From: Neophaeotheca triangularis
Lineage: Eukaryota
Direction of reading: 5' to 3'
NCBI GenBank assembly: GCA_054600435.1
Contig: BAAIJX010000005.1
Coordinates: 558,001 to 622,000 of the forward strand
Length of the DNA: 64,000 nt
A model generated the notes under the pieces. It had not been told where the DNA came from, made no database searches, and worked only from the letters and a program-made list of their open reading frames with translations. Shown one piece after another: positions 35,506 through 46,633 of this stretch (the first letter of the stretch is position 1; every line of letters begins with the position of its first letter). The translations under genes were made by a program, and so were the position numbers.

Positions 35506-38500
35506 TCAACCCTCCTGACTCAAAATCACAAAGTGCTGCTCCCAGATCCAGCCGAGAGTGCCATTAGCATCGTCCTGGTTCCGCGCGAGCCATAATTCGC
35601 CCTTCTGCGCTATCACGTCGAAGACCTCGCCCTGTACGTAGGTGAGGTAGGGGTAACCGCCTTCTTTGCGGGCCTTGTCGATGTTGAACTCGAAGAGCGA
35701 GGCGCAGACGAAGAGGACGTTGGGCTCGGAAGATGATGCCTGAGGGATTTCGTTGCTGCCAGTGTTGCGCCGGGAAATTAAGTGTTTTTGATTGTTGCTG
35801 TGGTTAATTGTCGAGGAGGCACGGGAGAGGGGAGGTGTGGCTTGCGCAGGGGTTGAGGCGCCGGGCGGGGAGTTGGATTCCGAGGGTGGGAGAGCCGAAT
35901 TGAAGATGCCGGAGAAGCGTGTGTTGTTGTACGGGTCGGTGTTGGAGTGGGGCAGGTCCGGGCGCGCGGTGAAGTAGGAGTTGTTGCTTGCGCGAGTGTT
36001 GGTTTGGTCGAAACTTGTGCGGGGTGGGAGACCGTAGGAAGCGGGCGCTTGCGAGGAGTATGAGGTTGGAGGGTTAGCGGTGGATGGGCGGCTGTTGTTT
36101 CCTGCGAGGGCGGAGAAAGAGGAAGTCGGTGTCATGCCAGTGACAGAGTTCACCATCGTGTTAGAATTGGACCATGGCCTTTGTGTGGAGGATGTTGAGG
36201 CTGGTGTGAGAGATGGCATGCCACTTGCTCGTCCGGACATTGATGAATTTGACCGCATTCGCCCACCGTTGGGAAGAGGCGGCACATCGGAGCTGTAGGA
36301 GCCGGAGACGTAGCCTCCACTGTGCGGGCGGGAGTATTCGAACGATGGTGATGCATCACTGCTCAGTGACATGGTGCGCTTCTCGTTGAGCGTCGAGGGC
36401 CTCTTTAGCGAAGACTGCTCGGAGGAGTCGCCGGTAATGGTCGACGTTGGCGACAAGAAGTTGTACGAGTCGGCCAAAAGCGATCCGTTACAGATGCCGA
36501 GTTCCAGTAGTTTCGCCTTGACAGCCTCGTAGTCAGGCCTAAAAGCCGGCTCGATGTCTTCGGTGGTAGTTGGAAGTTCGGAGGGATCCAGCACGGGTTC
36601 AAGCTTGCGTCGCCAAGTATCGAGCCAGTCCGACTGGATGGTAATGAAGCACTCGAGACATTTCTGCACCAAAACACCCGTGAGTCTGTACAGCTTGGGC
36701 AGGCCGATCTTGAGCTCGTCATTCAAAGCTTCGTAACGGTCTGACGCTTCTTTGGTTTTCTTGTCAGGCTTCTCGCCGCGCTTCTCAATAGACTGGCACT
36801 TGGCGTAGTCGACGATCCGCTTCTTGCGCTGAGCGATGGCGTTTTGCGGTCCTTCGTGTAGCTTGATGCATTGGATCATCGGTTGGATGACTCGCTTCGC
36901 CACATACGCCTTGTGTTCACTGAGTGCAATGGTCGTAATCTCCCTCACAGTTTGCCCGTACCTGCGCCACTTGCTCGTGATCTCAGGCAAATTACTGCCC
37001 TGTACTTCCGCAAACAGCTCAAGCGCGGCGATGAAGTTGTTAACCTGAGTGAACGCCTTATCTGTTTGCGTAATGTAATCTTGAATGTCACGCATGCATA
37101 TCTGCAGTCGAATGAAGTGGCCACCAAATCTGTGCGCCAGCTCATCGAACTCGGGATCTTGGAAGGCTTCAGCAATGCCCACACGCTCCTTGAGCTTTTC
37201 TGTCCGTCTACCGAAAGCTTTGGCGATGCCACTGCGGACGTCGCTATCTTTGCGCTTACGATTGATGAGGTTATCAACAAGGTCGGCGCGCTTCTTGGCT
37301 TCGTTGATGCGAGTCAGCATGCTGATGCTATCTTTCGACGCGGTGGTCAAGGAAGAAAAGTCGGGGTGGCTGGCTGGTGTCGTCTCGCAAAGTTGCTGGA
37401 GCAACATTGGGTACTTGGCCACTCGCTGGGCGGGCTTGACGAGAAGAGAATCCAAATTCCAGGCAGAGGTTATGTCGCTGGCATTGTTGTGACACTCGTC
37501 CAACCAGCATTTGACGGTAGGCGTGTTTTGCAAAGCGCCCAACCGCGCGTTCGCAGCGTCGTGGTTTCTCAGATATGTTCCGTAGACCTCTTCCATGCTT
37601 TGCATATTGTTGAGGAAGCACTCGCCAAGGTTTGTTTGCCGGTCTTTGTCCTCGTCCACAAGTTCGCTGCTGTTGGTTGAAGTAGCACCGGTCCCATCGC
37701 TCTGAGTAGTCGACATGCTGGTTCGCTTCGAAGACCAATTCTTCTTCGGTGGCACGTAAACGGAAGATACACACTTGCGCATCTCGTCGAAGAAGTACAG
37801 ACTGAAGCGTTCAATCTCGTCACAATTGCCGAACAAAATCTTCTTGTCGTCGGCGGAGATGAGATCGCCAGCGGTCGCCTTGTAGATATCCTCAATGATC
37901 TTCAAGTCTTGATGGTAACTGGCTTCGGTATCCAACAACTCGCGAATGATGTAACGCCGCTTTTGGAGCCGTTTTTGCTCGGGACCAGGTGACTTTGTCT
38001 TGCCTCCAGAACTGCTTTCCGCATCTCCGAATGATGTTTGATGAGCAGAGTCTGCAAACGAAGACATGGAGACTGAGCTCGGGACAGGAGGGGCCTCGCG
38101 CGGGCGCTGGCTGTCGGTCGAGGGGCGAGAAGAAGTAGGAGTAGGACCCCATAGGTTCTTGCGGATGCGTGGTGACATCTCGTTGGACGGACGTTCCGAG
38201 CTCGGGCCCTCCATTTGCATCATCTCAGGGATGCCGTTTGTTAGACGAGAGCCCCCTGACGAAGGCGGAGGAGGCGGGGAGTGGGCTGGTGGAGGGGGCG
38301 CAATCTTCTCCGGCACTGGAGGCTTGTCGGAAGATGTGTTGGCCGCACCGTCACGAGCAGACTGACCCTCTGGCAAGTCAAGGTGGCCGGAAGTGGAGAT
38401 TCTTAGGCCTTGCGCTAGATCCGGAGCATTCAGCCCTGCACTCAAGGGTCCGGCGCTTGATCGAGGTGAGTAACCAAAGTCTTTGGGCGGAGGTGGCGGC

Positions 38501-41406
38501 CTGAACCCCTCATCCTCCGCTCCTGCGTTGGTATCCTGGCCGCTGTGTTTGCGGTCCCACTCTTGGTCTGCTTTTCTAACGATTGCATCAAAGTCTTCTT
38601 CTTGCTCTTGTGGGGCGCCATCGGAGCCGTTTTTATTGCTGTAGACTACGGCAGTGCCGGCGCCAAAGTCCGCGTCTGGTGGCGTATCAGGCGTAACGAT
38701 AGGAATGCCGTGCTGATCGTACTGAACCTTGCGATCTGGTTCGTCGTGCTGCGGCTGCTCCGTCTGCCCCTCTACACCGCCCTGCAAGATCCCATTCAGA
38801 AGGTTTTGCACCATCATCGCATTTGATCCCTCATTCGCCGATGCGTGGTGCATGTCGACCATTCTTCTTTGCATTTCGTGAACCATGTCTGAAGTAACGG
38901 TGCCGGTGGTTTGGTATTGCTCCAGAAAGCGCTGCGTCGATTCATCGGAGACATCGTCACCTCCGTTTTGCCTCTCGCCTGGATAAGAATCACCAGGCTT
39001 GAGTGTATCGTCTCTGTTGCTAGGCTTTCGCGGCGTCTCCTCAAAGCTCGAGTCGGGAAAATTCCCTGTAACAGGTGACTCTTGGAACTGGTTCGCAGCA
39101 TACGCCTCGGAATTCTGCGCTTGGGTATGCAAAAAACCCTGGTTGTCGTGATAGCCATGTTGTTCCTCGAAAGAATGTTGATCTTTTGTAGGCCGCTGAT
39201 CATGATGCGCGGAATCGCTAGGCTCGTTATCCAGCATAATCTTGATAGAGCCCGCATCGTTGTTCGCGGCGCTGCTTTCCTGACCCCACCTATCCCCCAT
39301 TTCGCTTGGCGAGTAATCAGCCGTGCTATCATCCGCAAACTCAGTGTCGGATCTACTTTGCGAAGAATTCCTACGCTCACGCATTCGCATTACGTTTTCT
39401 AGCACACTCGGACTTTGCACTTCCTCTTCCGGCGCCTCTTGAACGGGTTCGATGGGAGCAGGTGCGTTCGCTTTGGCTTGCGGGGTGTACGTAGCCGAAG
39501 ATAGCAGGGTGGGCAGCTCTGTAAGCCGATCTTCGCGCTCATCCATTGGCCCGGGCTCCATCTGCACTGGTGCTTCTTGCCCCAGAACCGGACTCTCGTC
39601 GGCTTCAAACTCAGTGTGGGCTGTCGCGGGCTCAGAATCCCGCATGGAATCCTCCGGTAGACCAGCAGTATCTAGGCTCAGTCCTCGCTGCCGGCTGCTT
39701 GGAGGAGACTGGTTGGTGTCGCCCCCCTGCGCTGGACGTGCAGTCTCGCTGTCCTCAAGCCTCTGCTGGGGTTCCGGTGCGGATTGTGTTGTGTCCAGAT
39801 GGTCGAGTCCAATACCCAGCGAGCCTCCAACTCCAGAGACTACTCTGCTCCTACTCTGGCTTAAACTTCTCGCTGAGCTTGCGTCCGACTTGCCATCATC
39901 CAGATTCTGTGAAATGGCCTGTTGTATTCGTGCCCTTCTTTCCGCAAAGTCTACTTTCCCAAGCTCCGGTATTCTCCGCCTGGTGCGCTCTTGTTGGGGG
40001 TCGTAAGGCTTCCCAAGCCATTGCTCGCTCGGTCTTCGCCCATCGCGTGATGTGGAACTTTCGAAACGTTCGGCAGCTCTTGCGCGGCTAGCAGAAGTAG
40101 TGGCAGAGCTGACCGGCTGGCGTGGTCTGGATGATCGCAATGGTGGTGATTTTTGCGGTGGAGGAGCGACAATCTTCGCTGAAAGCGATTGGCCATTTTT
40201 CGAGATAGGTAGTGAAGGAGGATTGTATCGACGACTGTGCAAGGAGCTCGGTACGGCGTTCTCTTTGGCTTGCGCCTGCTGTCTCCGAGTTGGTGACTTT
40301 GAGAGTTTTCTTCTCCCGGTGGGGTTGGACATTGCGGAAGCGGATCTTGAATGCGGCGCCGAAGGGGCGGAATCTGCAGATTGCCTGCGGATGCGTGTAG
40401 GTATTCTAGAATTGTTCGGTGAGTCTTTTGAAAGCACGTTGCGTGAACCGGAATGCGGTGGGGTTGGGTACGCCAGGTTTGGGGTCTCATGCATGTTGAG
40501 GTCCGGCATGCTAGGCGCAGGCTGAGGATTCCATGCGTCCATATCGCTTCTGCTTCGTTTATGAGCGAGTGTCTGCTTGGCAGGTGGTGAAATGACAGGC
40601 CTCTGGAAATCTTGATGCGACTGGCTCCTTCCGTGTCCAAGGGCCACGCTCCCATCGCTTGACCTTCTCGGTGACGGCGTGAACGCGTAGTTCCCTAGGT
40701 CAAAGTTGCCATTCCACTGTCCATCACCAGTGATTTCTCCAAAGAGCGGTTTGGGGTTAGTAAATACTCCGGCCGGCTGGTTCTGTTTCGGGCTAAAAGC
40801 TGCATGCGGCTTGCTTCGAGTACTGCTTATCGTTGTGTCGGAGGAGAAGGAGGAAGATGTCTGGAAAGATGTGTCTGGCGAACCCTTGACTGGTGATTTG
40901 GCCGGCGGAGGCCTTCTCTTCTGTAGCTTCGCCATTTCGCCTTTTCCACCTTTCGTTGGAGATCTCGGCGCGCTGCTCTTTGACCCTACCACCGGTCTTC
41001 GATTGCTTTCCTGGCCGCCCGTCCTTACACTAAGCTCAGGCTGTCCACTCCCGGTCTGGTTGAATCGGTTGGCGAGGTCCCGCACGGATCCGGAGGGTCT
41101 TGAGGGAAGTAGTACCGGGTTGGACTTGACGCCGTTAAGACTGCGACTAGGATTGCTAGTCGGCGGTCCGGAAGCAGATCTGAATTGGGACTTGGAGGCA
41201 GAATTCTCGAAGCTCCGCGTAGATGGCACGCCGTAGTCAGCACTCATGCCGGAGCCAGACAGGGGTGTTGAAAAGTCATCTTCGGGGACAGGCGCGGTGG
41301 ACAAGTGCTGGGTATGGGATGATCGGTAGAAATCGTGCGGATCATCGGCTGGAGGATTGGGTGACGTGACAGGCGGCGGGTTGGCCTGCTGCTGGCGCTG
41401 CTCCAT
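35506..41406 (-). CDS. Rho guanine nucleotide exchange factor, DH-BAR-SH3 architecture (dynamin-binding protein/Gef2-like)
   Basis: 1966-aa ORF. DH domain (RRYIIRELLDTEASYHQDL; SLLVKPAQRVAKYPMLL), helical BAR-like region, and C-terminal SH3-like segment (ASLFEF...YLTYVQGEVFDV...GWIWEQHF). Confidence 0.9.
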   Translation of the reverse strand: MEQRQQQANPPPVTSPNPPADDPHDFYRSSHTQHLSTAPVPEDDFSTPLSGSGMSADYGVPSTRSFENSASKSQFRSASGPPTSNPSRSLNGVKSNPVLLPSRPSGSVRDLANRFNQTGSGQPELSVRTGGQESNRRPVVGSKSSAPRSPTKGGKGEMAKLQKRRPPPAKSPVKGSPDTSFQTSSSFSSDTTISSTRSKPHAAFSPKQNQPAGVFTNPKPLFGEITGDGQWNGNFDLGNYAFTPSPRRSSDGSVALGHGRSQSHQDFQRPVISPPAKQTLAHKRSRSDMDAWNPQPAPSMPDLNMHETPNLAYPTPPHSGSRNVLSKDSPNNSRIPTRIRRQSADSAPSAPHSRSASAMSNPTGRRKLSKSPTRRQQAQAKENAVPSSLHSRRYNPPSLPISKNGQSLSAKIVAPPPQKSPPLRSSRPRQPVSSATTSASRARAAERFESSTSRDGRRPSEQWLGKPYDPQQERTRRRIPELGKVDFAERRARIQQAISQNLDDGKSDASSARSLSQSRSRVVSGVGGSLGIGLDHLDTTQSAPEPQQRLEDSETARPAQGGDTNQSPPSSRQRGLSLDTAGLPEDSMRDSEPATAHTEFEADESPVLGQEAPVQMEPGPMDEREDRLTELPTLLSSATYTPQAKANAPAPIEPVQEAPEEEVQSPSVLENVMRMRERRNSSQSRSDTEFADDSTADYSPSEMGDRWGQESSAANNDAGSIKIMLDNEPSDSAHHDQRPTKDQHSFEEQHGYHDNQGFLHTQAQNSEAYAANQFQESPVTGNFPDSSFEETPRKPSNRDDTLKPGDSYPGERQNGGDDVSDESTQRFLEQYQTTGTVTSDMVHEMQRRMVDMHHASANEGSNAMMVQNLLNGILQGGVEGQTEQPQHDEPDRKVQYDQHGIPIVTPDTPPDADFGAGTAVVYSNKNGSDGAPQEQEEDFDAIVRKADQEWDRKHSGQDTNAGAEDEGFRPPPPPKDFGYSPRSSAGPLSAGLNAPDLAQGLRISTSGHLDLPEGQSARDGAANTSSDKPPVPEKIAPPPPAHSPPPPPSSGGSRLTNGIPEMMQMEGPSSERPSNEMSPRIRKNLWGPTPTSSRPSTDSQRPREAPPVPSSVSMSSFADSAHQTSFGDAESSSGGKTKSPGPEQKRLQKRRYIIRELLDTEASYHQDLKIIEDIYKATAGDLISADDKKILFGNCDEIERFSLYFFDEMRKCVSSVYVPPKKNWSSKRTSMSTTQSDGTGATSTNSSELVDEDKDRQTNLGECFLNNMQSMEEVYGTYLRNHDAANARLGALQNTPTVKCWLDECHNNASDITSAWNLDSLLVKPAQRVAKYPMLLQQLCETTPASHPDFSSLTTASKDSISMLTRINEAKKRADLVDNLINRKRKDSDVRSGIAKAFGRRTEKLKERVGIAEAFQDPEFDELAHRFGGHFIRLQICMRDIQDYITQTDKAFTQVNNFIAALELFAEVQGSNLPEITSKWRRYGQTVREITTIALSEHKAYVAKRVIQPMIQCIKLHEGPQNAIAQRKKRIVDYAKCQSIEKRGEKPDKKTKEASDRYEALNDELKIGLPKLYRLTGVLVQKCLECFITIQSDWLDTWRRKLEPVLDPSELPTTTEDIEPAFRPDYEAVKAKLLELGICNGSLLADSYNFLSPTSTITGDSSEQSSLKRPSTLNEKRTMSLSSDASPSFEYSRPHSGGYVSGSYSSDVPPLPNGGRMRSNSSMSGRASGMPSLTPASTSSTQRPWSNSNTMVNSVTGMTPTSSFSALAGNNSRPSTANPPTSYSSQAPASYGLPPRTSFDQTNTRASNNSYFTARPDLPHSNTDPYNNTRFSGIFNSALPPSESNSPPGASTPAQATPPLSRASSTINHSNNQKHLISRRNTGSNEIPQASSSEPNVLFVCASLFEFNIDKARKEGGYPYLTYVQGEVFDVIAQKGELWLARNQDDANGTLGWIWEQHFVILSQEG

Positions 41407-44400
41407 GTCGGCAGCAACAATGGCTAACGGTGGAGGTGCAGACGGGTGGAGAGGCGGAGAGTAGTGAGGGTGCGATCAGAGATGCGCAGCATGGAAAGGC
41501 TCGGAGCGCTGGTGTTCGGCAGACATTTGTTTGATGAGACGCGAATCGATCACAGCATGCAGAAGAGGCGCGGTAGTGCGAGTAGATTGCGATGCGTTTA
41601 TGTCTGCGAGTACGTGTGTATCTGCGTGTGTGCGTGTGTGTGCGAGTGTGTGTGTTTGGAAGGGTTCGGCGGTAGATGTCAGGTAAGGTGAGTAAGACGG
41701 TAGCGCGGCTCCTGGTTGGCGGTACTCTACGGATGACAGTAGTAGTGTCCGGCCGTTGCTGGTCGCTGGCTACTACTGCTGCATGCGCCGCGCCGCGCCC
41801 TGCAGTGATGGAGGAAACGGGGGTATCCCAGGTAGGGTGACGGCGGGGAGGGGCGGCAAGGTGGAGGAGGGTGGTTGGCGGGGCGGGTAGGGTGTGGATT
41901 CGAATGGATGTAGGTTGTTGAGTAAGACTTGGGAGCTGGACGGTAGGAAGTCGGTAGTCAAGACGTAAGGTAGTCGAAGTGGTGAAGTGGACTTGCTCGC
42001 TGTGTTGCGCTGTGTCGGCTTGGTCGGGTCAGAGAGAGCGAAGGCCGACGGGCGGGCAAAGGCTCCGACTTCAGTAAAAGGTAGCCCAGGTAGTACTACT
42101 ACAATACCTTACCTACTTACTATGTACCTACTATAGGTACTTGTAGGTACTACTATGTATCCTATGTACTTTCAAGTTTAGTTTGGGCTGTAAGCATCGT
42201 GGCGCGTCACGAGCCACAGGCCCCAATACCGAGACGAAACGAAACACATTCACCTTCACCTTCACCTTCACCTGCCTGCCATTCATATGTGATACTCCAA
42301 AACCTTGTCAATAGTTAATGACTTTACTGATCTTCAACTAACTTCCATTTCCATAATTCCGATTTTCGGCCATTATTGGGGCCAAATCTTATCAATACCT
42401 AATCTATTATACCTTATCCACCCTCAGGCAGCAACTGCAAAAAGTCAAGAATACCCGCCAACCAGCGCTACCCCCGAGCAACGACGAAACAGCTCCCATA
42501 TCCGTACCAAACTCTAACAAACCCCTAAGAGTCAAGACTCCCTGCAAACCACTACTGCACCTCGCTCCATCAAACCAAACAACAACAGTGCAATACCGCG
42601 AGATGCCCAATAAATCAATTTCGCCATTATTCTCTCTTCCACAGACTTACCAAGGCAATTCACTATGAGAACGAGTACAGTGGAGCACGCCGGCAAAAAC
42701 GAGTTCCTTTCCCCAGCCTTCATCACTCTCGCAGTCTACAAAACGCAGTGCAACCACGGATTGCAGCGCAGCAGCACCCGGTTCGCCTTCCCCCGCTTAA
42801 AAAAAAATAGGAAAAAAATAGAAAAAGCCTACTCACCCCACTCCCGATGTTGCAAAGCAAGCTGCTCGAAACTGTTACAGCTAGGTACAAGTAGGTGGTA
42901 GTGTGGTGGCACCGAGTCGTCTGCCTGAAGCAGGAACAACCGCAAGGGGGCCCAATTCTGCAACAGGCCAGGCCCTGCACGCGTAGTCTGGCATAGATGA
43001 GGCAGTTCCGCTTTTTCGTCTCTGCGGCTGCGTGGAGCTGGTCTTGCTGGTCTGCCGTTGTCGTCGCGAAGAAAGAAGCTTTGCATGTGCGCCGCACGCT
43101 GGATCGCAACCGTTCTCGCGTGGTTGCTGTCGTTTAGTAACGTGACATGACTGGTGGATATTGATTGATTGATTGATTGATGACAGGTAAGAAACGCGAG
43201 AGAAAATTCCACTCTTCTGACTGACAGGTACCAAAACCGAAGGCAATGAGCAAGATCGGATCATGCCCTTTTTGTCCGGAGAACAAAGTGAGCAGGAAAT
43301 GAAAAGAAGAAAATAACGCCTCTCTCGAGGTAGGTAGCAGCACCTCACAGCCACAACCCCTCCAACAAGTCCGCGTCGCATCGCATCGCATCAACCACCA
43401 AAAAACAAACAACGCCAACCAATCCCACACCCACCCGGAAAATCGCTGCACATGCGTCCCCAACCCCGAGAGCCCGGAAAACCAACCCAACCCAACCACC
43501 CTGACCAAAACCAGCAGCAGCAGAAGAGCAAAAACGTACAGACAGCCGTTACACACGGATCTGCAGGAACGGACGGGGCTACTGTGTTGTGAAGACAAAG
43601 CAAAGGCGATCCCGATTCGGGCCGCGCTTTCTCGGGAACCCCCTTGCGGTGCGCTCCAACAACGACGGTAACGGTTGTTGGGTCGTTTCGTTAAAGAAAC
43701 CCGTTTCTCGTGGGGATTTGTTTTTGATGGCGTGTGGTGTAGCTAGTAATTAATTCATGTCAATGGGTGGCGCGTGGGTGGTATGTCCGATTCGATTTGT
43801 TTTTTCAAAGACTCGGGAAATCGGGTTGTGAGGTTGTGTGAAGAGTAAGAGTACAGCTACGTATGGGCTGTATACATTTATATATGTGTAAAGTCTGTAC
43901 CTCCTGAAACTTACCTACTTATCTACCTACCTACCTACCTTTCCCTCATCCAGGGCAGAAGCAGACCACCTGAAATCGTGGCTTTCGATTCGAGATGGAA
44001 GAAAAAAGAAGAGGAAAGCTGGGTCAAATCGAATTGAAATGTACCAACGGGACCTAGCCACGACCATTGCCGCACTCATGACTCCCTCTCTATACCCAAC
44101 ACCCCCACAGACCCCACGACTCGCATGGTCCCACGAGGTCCGGTGTCCCAGTCTCTGTCCTGTCCTACCGGTAGATAACCAGCCTCTCTACGTGGGAACT
44201 GTGAGGGGGAACAATGCGTTGCGAGAGCGGTGGGAGGGACGCTTCTCGAAGCAAGGGAGACCGATGTGCGCGCTTACAATGCGATTGGGAAAGCATTGGA
44301 CGATCCGTGGAGAGGGAGGGGAATTTGTTGTGAGCGTCTACAAAAGCAGAGAAAGACGCGCTCATGGCGTGTTAATCTGACCTTCACAGCCTTGTTGCTA

Positions 44401-44503
44401 CCGGGATGTTTAAGTCGGTAGAAGTGGCCGAAGCGTCAAGAACGGCGGTGTGCATACTACGCGCCCTCGGTGCGGCCAAAGGAGAATCTACCTCGCAGCC
44501 AGT

Positions 44504-46633
44504 CTACGCACTCCCCTTGTCCCCGCCAGCCTCCCCCTCCTCCATTTTCTTCAGCATATTCTCAATCTTCCGATGCTCAAACACAAACCTTGGATACAAA
44601 AACGGCCTTAGATCGTACCGATTGTCATCCGGCGTGTAACTCTCCAAATACAACCCGGGAGTCATCGTTGTCATCTTATGCCGATTGATGGCATAATAAT
44701 ACATGAAATCCCTGACCTTGGCGTAAACTTCTCTAGGCCGCAGGCGCTCGCTCCAGTCGACACACAACCGCTCGAAAATGCCGACGTAGCCGAGTTTGCA
44801 AGTTTTGCGCAGCCGGCCGAGCACGCTGAGTTCATCGTAGGTGAAGCCCATGTCGGCTTCGTCGGATTGCACGTAGGTAGAGGTTATGGGCTCGAGCTCG
44901 GCCGTAGGGGTGGCTTCGAGGAAGGCGTGGAGGATGGGGAGGCTGAAGGCGTGTTCGGCATGGTCGATGAAGCGCTTGAGGTCGGTTTTGGAGATACCAC
45001 CGATGGGGTTGATGTCGGCGGAGCTGCAGTCGTATTTGGTGAGGTAGCCGCGTAAGCATTCGTCAACGTTGGCGGAGCCGAGAACGAGGAGGCCGCCGCT
45101 GCCGCCGCGAGAAGTGGGGAGGAGTTGAGCTAGGGCGTAGGCTAGCACCATTCGGGAGCGAGATTGGAAATTTTGGAGCGCGAGGTTTTCGCTGGGGCTG
45201 CCGCCTTGGGTTTTGAAGTGGGGTTCGAAGGAGAGAGAGTTGGAGACAACGCTGTAGAGCGCGTTGTACATGGGGTCAATGTTGGTGTCGATGTGGTGAG
45301 AGCCGATGGCGGTTGCGAGTTGGGCAGCGCGGGAACGGGTCTCGTGGGATGATTGTGATGACATGCCCATGAATGTAGTGGTGAAGATGGAGTTGCAAAA
45401 TTGGTTGGCGGTCATTGTCGTGGGGTCCAGAGTAGGGGCGAGACGTTGAGCATCGGCGAGGACGGCTTTGTTGCCTTTTTGTGCTTCTGAGACTACAAGC
45501 CGACACATGCTGTAGACGATTGTTGCTGTAGCACAGCTGTCGATGCCGCCGCTAAGGGGAACGAGGTAGCCAGACGCGCGCGAACGGCGGAGGTAGTCCC
45601 AGAGCCAGCACGCTGGACCAAGAGCGATCTCTTCTTCAGGGGTATGATAGCGGGCCTCTATCGGCTGGGATAACTTTGTTCTCGGATCAGGCACGTCGCC
45701 GTGTTTGCACAGTCTGAAGTCAACCTGTACACGCTCGAGCTCTTGGACAGTCGGGTCCTGCGCTTGCATGCCGCGACTTCGTGAGGTTCTGAAGCCCCAA
45801 ATCTCGTCAAGGTCAACGGTGGCGGTCTGTACTTCAACATCGCGGAGTGAGAACTGAGAGCCTTGGGCTAGGACTTTGCCCGAATTGAGGATGAGCGAGC
45901 ACCCATCATAGTATAGCCTGTCACCGTCACACCCTCTCTGATTTGAGTACATATAGACACCGCCCGTTTTAGCCGTAGCTTCGGTGATGAGAGTGACACG
46001 GGTGTCGAGCTTGCGCAACTCATGATGACTTCCACTGGAGTTGAGCACAATTTCGATGCCCGCAAGACTGTACATGGAGTGCGGCGAGTTTGGCGTCCAC
46101 AGCTCTTCACACGTCTCAGTGGCGAAGGATGCATCGAGAGCTTCAAACGCCACTTCGCCGATCCGACACCGTTTTTGGCCCAGGGGAAGTTGTTGAATGA
46201 CCTTTGGGAGAGCATAATCATCTACCCTCCTTCGGGGCCAAGGAGTGAAATAGCGCATCTCTCGGAAGTTTCCATCATTGCAAAGATCGAGCTTACACCT
46301 GATAGCGAGCACTTCACCATTCAAGGCGATCAGACGGGCGTTGTAGCTGCACCCGCGATGTTGAATAGGCAGGCCCAGGTCAACGATGATGTCCTGACAG
46401 TCGGCATGGCTGATAATCTCTGCAGCTACGTCCCAAGAATTGCTGTAGACATCGTTCTCGAGCCAGTGGTCCAACAAGCCATAGCCTGGGATACAAAGCT
46501 CTGGAGTCAGAATGATGGAGGCTCCAGCCGCTTTGGCAGTTTGGATTGCTTCGACGATGCGGTCCTTGTTGCCATCATAGTCGAGCACCCACTGGTTCAG
46601 TTGGGAGGTAGCGAGGACACACTTCCGGGTCAT
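44504..46633 (-). CDS. QNS1: Glutamine-dependent NAD+ synthetase
   Basis: Nitrilase domain (PEL, CEELW, SGSHHELRKL) plus synthetase domain (PLSGGIDS, LVLGSANVDE, TKYDCSSAD, PTAELEP, NRHKMTT). Confidence 0.95.
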   Translation of the reverse strand: MTRKCVLATSQLNQWVLDYDGNKDRIVEAIQTAKAAGASIILTPELCIPGYGLLDHWLENDVYSNSWDVAAEIISHADCQDIIVDLGLPIQHRGCSYNARLIALNGEVLAIRCKLDLCNDGNFREMRYFTPWPRRRVDDYALPKVIQQLPLGQKRCRIGEVAFEALDASFATETCEELWTPNSPHSMYSLAGIEIVLNSSGSHHELRKLDTRVTLITEATAKTGGVYMYSNQRGCDGDRLYYDGCSLILNSGKVLAQGSQFSLRDVEVQTATVDLDEIWGFRTSRSRGMQAQDPTVQELERVQVDFRLCKHGDVPDPRTKLSQPIEARYHTPEEEIALGPACWLWDYLRRSRASGYLVPLSGGIDSCATATIVYSMCRLVVSEAQKGNKAVLADAQRLAPTLDPTTMTANQFCNSIFTTTFMGMSSQSSHETRSRAAQLATAIGSHHIDTNIDPMYNALYSVVSNSLSFEPHFKTQGGSPSENLALQNFQSRSRMVLAYALAQLLPTSRGGSGGLLVLGSANVDECLRGYLTKYDCSSADINPIGGISKTDLKRFIDHAEHAFSLPILHAFLEATPTAELEPITSTYVQSDEADMGFTYDELSVLGRLRKTCKLGYVGIFERLCVDWSERLRPREVYAKVRDFMYYYAINRHKMTTMTPGLYLESYTPDDNRYDLRPFLYPRFVFEHRKIENMLKKMEEGEAGGDKGSA

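Noticed and set aside
34908..35509. Poly-ER / poly-SL ORFs
   Set aside because: Artefacts of the (CT)45 microsatellite being stop-free in several frames.
36871..37680. Long antisense ORF (also 24750-25652, 28421-29170, 50345-51139, 59360-60232)
   Set aside because: Shadow ORFs opposite well-supported genes with GC-rich codon usage; no recognisable motifs.
4197..41406. Actin/endocytosis cluster (PAN1, ARC40, DH-BAR-SH3 GEF)
   Set aside because: Spread over 37 kb among unrelated housekeeping genes; no evidence beyond chance.
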